Shown here: in pieces, positions 26,001 to 35,900 of the stretch | Position numbering within the stretch: the stretch's first letter is position 1 | How the letters are laid out: every line of letters begins with the position of its first letter | DNA from: Haliotis cracherodii | Lineage: Eukaryota | NCBI RefSeq assembly: GCF_022045235.1 | Contig: NW_027266269.1 | Coordinates: 35,774,001-35,838,000 of the forward strand | DNA length: 64,000 nt | Direction of reading: 5' to 3' | Position numbers and translations under genes: made by a program | Notes under the pieces: model-generated | What the model saw: the letters and a program-made list of their open reading frames with translations, nothing else | What the model was told of the DNA's origin: nothing | The model's database searches: none

Positions 26001-29000
26001 AGTAGCAATCAATCATCCTCTCATGGGAAATACTCGTGGACCACTCTATTCCACGGAAGTGATCATGCCAAGTCCACTCTCGAGAATGCTCGGATTTGTT
26101 CAACTACCGCTCCTCGGTGAGGAGGACTATAAAACCTACACAGAGACGGCCGTTCCCTTGACTGCCTCGGCCCATTGGCAAGTGGGGGCTACTCCCATCC
26201 CGGTGGCTATGTGGAAATCACAGGTGACACAAAAGCACATCGTCTGTCAGGATTTGATACTGTGTACATTTACACCAACCTGGTCGAAGATCAAATTGTG
26301 GGCAATACGATGGCTCCCTTGCTGATCTACGTGCCTGTGTCAAAGAAGATGATGCAAGAGAGTGTGGTGATTAAAAGCCCTCAGCACATTCACTACCTTG
26401 GGTTGCGTCATGGTTCCTTTGACGGTATTAAACTCTATATCATGGACGACACAGGGCGACCCGTGACATTTCAAATGGGGAAAGCCATCGTGACACTTCA
26501 CTTCAGACGCCGCTACTAACGCAGAAAACAACATGTTGGGACACGCAATGGCACACCAGATGAATCGAGGACAGTTTGGCCAGCGTGGGAGTGGTATCAA
26601 AGTATACAAAGGACGTTATCATCAACGTGGCAGTGGTCTTGGAGGTATCTTGAAGATGGCGTTGCCTTTCCTTAAATCTGCCGGAACATCGGTGCTCAAG
26701 ATGGGTAAAAAGATCCTGCCTGGGTTGGTGAGTGATGTGGTTGGAGGCAAACGCAAATGGTCAGAGAGTTTGAAACATCGCGGCACAGCAGCCCTGATGG
26801 ATGTCTTGGAGGAACGTGAGGAGCCGAGACCCCCTAAAAGCCGTAAAGTCGTCCCAACCACCACCACCACCACCACCACCCACCACCAGCGTAAAAGAAA
26901 AAGAAAAACGGTTTAAAGGTCAGTCCTCATCAGACTTTCAACCTGACCAGACGTCCTTCAAGGCAGAGAAAAGGGTGAAACATCCATCATCATGATGCGC
27001 CGAGATGCTTGCGAATGTTCAAAGGCCCAGTTGGATCTCTTTACTATACCCCCTGTGTCCACCTCTGTGCAAGAGGGTCAGTGGATTCGCTATTGTCCCT
27101 TTGCACCACCCTCTGTAGCAGGACCACTCCAGTTTAACATTTCCAATCCTGTGAACGCTTACATTGATTTGAAACAGTGCTACCTGAGAGTATGTCTACG
27201 AGTGACGAAAGATGATGGCACGGATACCGTTCTAGCGGATAACCCCGTATCGACAGTCAACAATGTGATGCATTCCCTGTTTCGCGAAGTGCGGCTGCAA
27301 GTAGGACACAATCAGTTGGAGATCACACCCTCCATGGGCACTTACCCTTACAGAGCCTACTTGGAAACCCTTCTGAGTTATGGTACAGGAGCCAAAACAT
27401 CTCACCTTCTATGTCCTTGATGGTTCACCGACGATGCTGGTAAAATGGACGTCTTCAATCCTGATGCAGATGCGAACACAAGAAACACAGGTGTCAGAAC
27501 GCGACGCGATCTTATCGTACCCACCAAAGAAGTGGAACTTACAGGCCGTCTACACTGTGACCTGTTTCTTCAAGACCGTTATCTGCTGGATGGTGTCCCT
27601 ATGAAACTGGAATTGCTACGAAGTCCCGATGAGTTCTTCTTCATGTGTGCTGCTGATGGTGCCTACAAACTAGCGCTGACCAAAGCCGAATTCTATGTCC
27701 GTCAGCTCAACATCGATCCTGCTGTCCGAGAAACACATGTGTCCAGTCTGAATGCTGGGGTGACTGCCAAGTATCCCCTTTCACGTGTGCATGTGACTGC
27801 CCATGACATCCCGAGAGGCGGTAGGGACTTTCACAAGGATCACCTCATCGGTGGCCAATTACCAAAACGCGTGGTCCTGGGACTGGTGAACAATAGTGCC
27901 TACGTAGGAATCAAAGAGAAGAATCCGTACAACTTCAAACACAATCATGTCACCATGATGAAGCTCAAAGTCAACGGCCAGGAAGTCCATGGCACGGAAA
28001 TGAAAAGCGACTTCAGCAACAACAGCGCCAATTTGAAACAAGTCTACATGAATCTGTTCCGAAATACGGGGCAGCTATGGCGACCTGAGACCTGCGAACT
28101 GACTCCCAAGGCCTTTACTCAAGGTTACACCTTGTGGGTGGTGGATCTCACCCCAGACCTTGGCGCTGATGAAAGCATCAACTACCCTCGACACACTGGC
28201 AAGCTGGCTTTGGAAATCCAGTTTGGCCAAGCTCTCGAGGACCCAGCCACCCTCATCTGCTATGAGGAATACGAAAATGTTCTGGAAATAGATCGTTTCC
28301 GGAATGCGATGATGGTATAAAAAGAGCAGCGACAGACGGTCATGCCACACTTTTTCTCCTCCTACAAGGAACCATGGATGAACCACTCGGGTTGAGCACC
28401 TTGGATTTAGAAGCCCTCGTGGCTGATGACGAACCACTTCATGCCATCTACCGGGGCACCCTGGCCAGAGATGACTTTGCCAGACTGGGATGGCAACAGG
28501 ATGACCCCTTTTACCCCAAAGCCTACGTGATCAACACGGATTTAAGCGATCAACCTGGCACACACTGGGTGAGCATCTATCGTCCAGCTCCTGGATCCGT
28601 GGAAATGATGGATAGCTATGGACTGTATTCATTACCCCTGTTTAAAGAGACTTTGAATCGCATGGGTCAGATTCAACAACGATGGAATACACGCCCCTAA
28701 CAACATGGATACAGCACGTTGTGTGGGGTGTACTGTCTCTACATGCTGACCTATCCCGTGCGTGGGTGGACTTTTAATCAAGTGTTAGATACGTTGGACT
28801 GGAAGGACACCAGCAAGAATGATGCCACGGTATTAGCATGGTTTCATACCAAAGTGTCTACCTCCGTTCCTGTGGATGAGATGCCTGCCTTTCGACTGAG
28901 TGCCCAGACGCGTACCCTACATCAAAAGAATCAACCTTTCTGCCCTTATTGAACTGACACTTGTTCACTGAACCTACGATCACCTGACTGTCAACATTCC

Positions 29001-29907
29001 TGATTGAGGAGTGTACATACGTTCACTGCGTTTTAGGAATGTACATACGTTCACTATCAAAGTGGCAAAAGTTCTTTTTTTTCAAACTGTACATACGTTC
29101 ACATACGTTCACATACGTGTACATACGTTCATGTTCACAAAAGTCACAGGGACGCCCCTAATCCTGTGACTTTTGTTTTGTTGTGTTGGTTCATATGAGC
29201 GGGGGATTAAAAAAAGTTGAACCCATAGTCGTGTTGTGTGGTCTGTAGGATGAAGAAAAACAAAACAGGATCGCCATCTCACCCAAAAGACAACTATCCT
29301 CCTTTGCTTTGACGACCCTCCAACCCACACCATGAACCCGTCTCCTCCCTCCCTCCCTCCCTCCCTCCCTTCACCACCACCACCCTCCCTCCCTCCCTTC
29401 ACCACCGCCACCCCGTCTATGTGTAGAACAACAACAACAACAACTACAAACGATTTTTGACGCGCTTCTTTCAATGTCGATCACGTTCACCTTTTACGGG
29501 CGCTTCTCCGGGTTTCCCCCTCCTTCTCTCGGAAACGGAGGCAACGCCCTCTTGGAGGCGTGCGCCACCGGAAACGGAAGTGCCGCCCTCTTGGATGCGC
29601 ACGCCACCGGAAACGGAAGCACCGCCATCTTGGAGGCGCACGCCACCGGAAACGGAAGTGACGCTATCTTGGAGGCACGCGCAGGTACCCATCATGCACT
29701 GCGCAGGTCACGTGACCGGAAACGGATGTGCCGCCATCTTGGTTCCATGATCCTGAGGCGGTTCCATAATCCTGAGGCGGTTCTCCACTGATGTAGACAA
29801 CTACTCTCGCAATATGTATATAAATATGTATATCGACGGTTTATCTGTACCAGTCTGCACCCCTACCCACACCTACCCCCCACCCCCACCCACAGACAAA
29901 GACACCC

Positions 29908-29959
<52 letters not shown>

Positions 29960-32900
29960 GGTCCTATTCTTAACCGGAGTCGACACGTGGTTGAGTTGGG
30001 GTGAGGGGTGTGTATTGGCAAAGCGGGGTAAAACAACAAAGAAACACATTCCATTATAGTGTTAGTTTATTTATGTATTCATATATTTATATATAATATT
30101 TTTAAAATGTCTTTATTTGATATTTTAAGCTGTTGACTACATATCCAGGTGAGCTACAGTGCCGTTACTACCGTGGGAAAAGAAGCAGTATGACAAAAGA
30201 GCAGATTCATGTCACAGTATACCGACATCTTTTTACCAGAGTGGCTCTGATCGCTTGCATCGTGGACCCACTGATCACCATCTTCTGTGGACTGTCTATC
30301 TTCACGGTGTTGGGGCACATGGCTTACGTGACCGGGGTCGACATGGACGACTTCCAGTCATCAGGTTTGTTTCTGTTAATTATGTAGCATTTTGTTTTTT
30401 TGTTTTTTTGTTTATCGCCGCACTCTGTAATATTCCATCCATGTGACGTCGGTCGGTAAATAATGAAATCTGGACAAGACAATCCAGTGATTGATATTGA
30501 TGAACATCGATCAGTGCAATTCGATTACGATGACATGCATGAATCATGTCAGCGAGTCTGACCACCCGATTCCGTTATTCGCCTCTTACAACAAGCATAG
30601 TCACCTTTAACGGCAAGCTGGGTTGCTGAAGACCTATTCTATCCCCGGAATGTTCACGCGTCTCTACGCATAAGGCATTACGGACACATGGAAACATTTT
30701 TTCAAATTAAGTAAAAGGTATTCTGTACGCATCACGGACTACGGTTGTTGAAGATCAATACTAACCCAGATGTTCACGAGACAGCACTTAAACCTGTTTA
30801 CATTGTGTGTTGAATTTCAGTGTAGGAGGATTGTAATATGATAATACAACCAACTCATTCTCTCTCAACTCGTTTTTAGGTCTTAATCTGGCATTCTCAG
30901 TGTTACCGGAAGCAGTGACTTATCTCCCTTTGCCCCAGTTGTGGTCGGTGCTGGTCTTTGTGATGATGATGACGTTGGGCCTTGATACAACGGTAAAAAG
31001 AACTATTATAGAATATATTGTCTTGGCCCTGATCCATACGGATATACCTTGATACAGAAATATATAAATATAAGATCGTTTTCAAGAAAACAGATTACAA
31101 ACAAAACAATTCAATTTACTGAGTGAGTGAGTTAAAATGTAACGTCACATCGGGAATATTTCGGCCATTTTGTGACGAGGCAAAGTTATACAGTAATAAC
31201 ATATAGAGTTAGATTTACTAAATCCTGTCATCGAAGGACAGTAAAAATAACTAGATTATCGAAGATGTTATTTGGAACTAGTTTGAGACCATGTAAAAGT
31301 ATAAGATATCATTTAACAGCACAATACAGAAATGGGCTATAGATCGCCAGTAACCAAACTGCGCAACCATACTCTGGACGGTGGGACTTCTGCTTCCTGC
31401 ACCGTGCCTTAGCATGATTTATACCATCACTCCAGCTGTTGGCGATTGCACGCAATGTTAGTCATCAATCTAAAATGCGACTTAAAACGGTGGTAAACAT
31501 AAATATTCTTTGAATGACTTGGGCTTAGGAGAAATGAATCTAAAATGGAAGTAAATGATTAATGATAAATTATTTATCTGCTGGCAGGGAACAGGGAACA
31601 GGGAACAATCTATATAGCTATATATTTGTTGCGTATTTACAGTTATGAAATGGTCAATTGTCGAGGTTCTTGTTGTTTCACAGATGCCGAGTTTGGAGAT
31701 ACTGTCGGAGACACTTTCTGACCAGTTCCCTAAGCTGACCAGACACCGGTGGCTGCTTCTTCTTCTCGTCTTTATTCCCTCTTTCCTTCTGACTCTCCCG
31801 TACACTACACAGGTATTCCTTTTCACTAGTCCCTTATAATAAGGCTATGATCATGCGCATAATGTGTATGAGCTATTTTTAGCTCAACCCATTAAGGGAG
31901 ATCACCCACATGACTTGATATCTTCAGCAGCAAACTTGTAAAGCCAATTTGATCATACTTACAGCGATGATTTCGATACTTATGAAATTTATTGCCACAA
32001 TGGTTCGGATAATCTATGCATTTTTAAAGTTCTTTAAGAAGTCGGTCTTTTTCATAAACCGTGAATATTGTTTACATAACATGCGACTAGCGTAGTTGAC
32101 ATTTCTTTAAAAAATATGTTATATATTTATCTATCCAATGTGTTTATATTCCTATTTACCTTACTGTTGTCGCTTTGTGGCTGATAAAACGGAGCATCAA
32201 ATTTGGACTCGCTCGCCCACTTATAAACCAGTCCCTGTTAAATACATATGTGTATGAATGGTGTATACTCTCATCACCACGAATCTTGAAGGGTTACCCA
32301 CATTACATAGTATCTTGTGCAACAAAGTCGTACGGGAAACTTGTATAATCTTTTACCAACGTTGGTTTTCGTTGGTGCATTGTTACATAATAACCAATTA
32401 CGTTTAATTAATTAAATAAAAGTGACAAAACCTCTCTACAATGCTAAGAAGACGAGTCTGTTGTACAATTCCGACATATAATAAGCTATTCTTAATCCCT
32501 ATCAAATAGTGATGACACCAGGTGAGCGTATTCTGTCCAACTGGTGGCGCCCGCCGCACACGCATGCAAAGTCACTTCAAGTCTTCACACGGGAACTGCA
32601 TCGGACATTTTGGTCACAGATGCGTCAGATTTCGAAACGTTCTCCAAATGTCTGAATGAAACCTTTTAAAAGCTTTACCAAGGCTTTGACTTGTAACCCC
32701 GATCAAACGTTTGTAACTGAATCTCTTATTCAGCTGAAATATATCTTGCATGTACACATGCATACCTTTATCTTCATCGTTCTCCATTGGTATCGTGTAT
32801 ACGTTCTCCTCGCAGGGTGGTATCTACCTCTTGACCCTCGTAGACTGGTACTCTGCTGTCCCTCCCGTGATGTTGTTTGGGGTGGTGGAGTGTCTGGTAC

Positions 32901-35900
32901 TGGCCTGGGTGGTTGGTAAGACCTTCTTGAAACCAATCACTACTTTTTCCAGAAATGATAGATGAAACGAGTTTCGTAAAATTCATATTTCAAAACATAT
33001 TTCAAAACTTCAAGAATGTCATTAAAGGAAGCAATGGTGCAATACCGATAGGCTGGCAGACCTAAAGTAACACGTGACCAAAATATGTTACAGAGGACAT
33101 CAGCGGCATAACTACTGTATGTTTATTAAAACAACGTCTGCCAAAAGAAACAAAAATCTAATGACAACACCTGTCACCCGGCGCACTCGTTTAATCCATG
33201 TGCCTATTGTCTTGTCTATAACATTGTCTAGATCTTCGTTACAGGTGTGATCAGACTTGACATGTGCACAGTGGAGATGTATGGTAAAACTATTCCCAGA
33301 TGGTTGACGTTCCTTATAAAGTACATCACTCCTGGCCTGCTGATGGTGAGGCGTTACAACTATTTCCTTCTTGACCGACTGTCATGACTTTCCTATAATA
33401 ACCCACATTAGAGATTCCTGATTGTGAATGGTCAGTTGAAGCTATATGACGTCACGTTCCCCCATTACGATCAGTGTCTATGATGTCACAAAGTAAAACA
33501 CATTACATCATCAGATTACTTGCCTGACAACAATGGCGTTCCACGTTCAAGTATCCACTCCCATCTTGGTGCTTCTTAGTGCTGACTGGTCAGTAGAAAT
33601 ATGACGTCGCCTGGACCCATTACGATTTTGTTACACAATTACTGTTCTTGACGTCACAAGTGAAAACATTATGCCATCAGAACAGTAGGTTGACAACAAT
33701 ATGGGAGTGCAAATGTAACGTCGCGACAGCTATATCTCAGCCATATCGCGACTATATGTCTTCATTGAATTGACATTGTAGAGTTAACATATGTACGCTT
33801 TTTTCTTTCTTATTCCATATAGAGATTTCAAGCCTGTTGTAAGTTCTTACATCAGAGATCTAAAGCAAACAAAAAGGACACCCAAAAAGATATTACAATT
33901 CCTAAAATTAGTGAGTGAGTGAGTATGAATTTACGCCGCTTTTAGCAATATTTCAGCAATATCACGGCGGGGGACACCAGAAATGGGCTTCACACATCGA
34001 CCCCAAATCGACCCTCAAATTAAACCAACTATTGGTTTCACCTACTTAGGTTTTACGTCCAAATTTGAGAAGCCCATTCTACGATTGGCCATTCTCGTAA
34101 TCCACATGACTAATTGCTGAAAGGTGAGGATCATCCCTGTATATCCCTTGTGATGACACAAGACATGCATTATATACTCGACTGTGTTGTGTTTTACAAG
34201 ACAGGAGCTAAATATGTCAACGCAACCTCACTTACGGATCTTTTAACCGCTGCAAACATTCATGCAAATACATGATATTTCAAAGCAATTTGAATGAGAG
34301 TGTAAATTGCTGTCCCCTCGTAGGGTATTGTCCACTGAGAGATCATGCATATTCCACGTGTTTTCAGTTATGTTTGTACTTACCTAGTAAGCCTAGTGTA
34401 TTGGTCTGTCGTTACCCTGTCTGGCGCTCTGCATTAAGGGGCTAAAACAAGGACTGGTCGGCTCGGAGACAGTATACTGTGTCTGATTGGGGTATTCATG
34501 TTAAACTGCGGCATGGTATCTCAGTTGGCTAGCACTATAAATCGGCATCAGTACGGACAAGTACAAGCAGCCACACAAACACACATACGTACATGCACGT
34601 CGTTATAAAAGTGCAATAATCTTGGACGCGACGTTAAACCCCATTTCACCTCACCTCACCTGGTGCATTTGTCCGTTTTAATCTATGGTCATTCACGCCG
34701 CTTTTAGCAATATTTCAGCAATATCACGGCGGGGGACACCAGAAATGGGCTTCACACATCGAACCCATGTCGGTCCTAAAATTAAACCAACTATTGGTTT
34801 CACCTACTTAGGTTTTCAGTCCAGATTTGAGAAGCCCATTCTACGATTGGCCATTCTCGTAATCCACGTGACTAATTGTTGAAAGGAGGTGAGGATCATC
34901 AATGTCTATCCCTTGTAATGACACAAGACATGCATTTTGTACTTTACTGTGTTGTGTTTTACAAGACAGGGGCTAAATATGTCAACGCAACATCACTTAT
35001 AGATCTTTTAACCGCTGCAAACATTCATTTATTGTATCATCATGTAATAGATGTATATATATTGCTCGTCTACAAGTTAATGTAGAGAATAACTTTTGCG
35101 AGGAACTACAACCTTCACGAACGACAATCTCTGAATCATTTAGCTCGTTCGCGAAATATCCCATCTTGTTCGGCATTTATTGAAGTTTATGTGATGGGCT
35201 GTGCTTGTGAGAATAGTATAAAGGACTTATTAAAAAATCGTTTCCAGACTATACTAGTATACGCCTTCTACGTGTACCGTCCTCCAAAATATGGTGACTA
35301 CTTCTATCCTGAATGGGCAACTGTGATTGGCTGGCTTATATCTGTAGCCTTAGTTCTACCGACCCCAGGTTGGATGGTCTACTCTGTTTGGAAGTCAGAT
35401 GGGACATCAGTCAAGCAGGTAACATTTTCAAGTTATCGGAGAAAAAACCCATTTCATTTGCGATAAAACAACAACCCAAAGTTGGCCAAAAGAGAAAGAG
35501 GGGCAACAAACTTACTCTTTTATGTTTTCCATGACATAAAGTGCTGAAAGGATCTGTTCTATATTTCGACTATTTCGACTATATGTCCGGCTGTATACTA
35601 TAAAAAAAGAATACCTCGGGTTAGATTTGGTCTTCAGCAACCCATGTTTGTAGAAAGAGGCGACTAAGGGGATCGGGTGGTCAGGCTCGCTGACTTGGTT
35701 GATTCATGTCATCGTATCCCGATTGCGTGGATCGATGCTCATGTTGTCAATCACTGGATTGTCTGGTCCAGACTTGATTATTTACAGACCGCCGTCATAT
35801 AACTAGAATATTTTTGAGTGCGGCGTTAAACAACAAACTCACTGTGTTTTGTGTTTTGTATTTGGTATTTTGTGGCTGAATGCTGATTTTGCGATGTTCA

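Larger units (their letters stand above)
19604..29805 (+). mobile_element. Maverick/Polinton (adintovirus-like) endogenous virus lacking pPolB, 10202 bp
   Basis: Termini AGTAGTTGTC...GACAACTACT, TSD CTCGCA at 19598-19603 and 29806-29811, long TIRs, higher GC than the flanks, and ATPase/integrase/capsid/protease genes. Confidence 0.97.

Noticed and set aside
25981-28700. Programmed readthrough or selenocysteine at the three in-frame stops in penton, hexon and protease
   Set aside because: The stops differ (TGA, TGA, TAA), share no readthrough context, and penton also has a frameshift; point-mutation decay is simpler.
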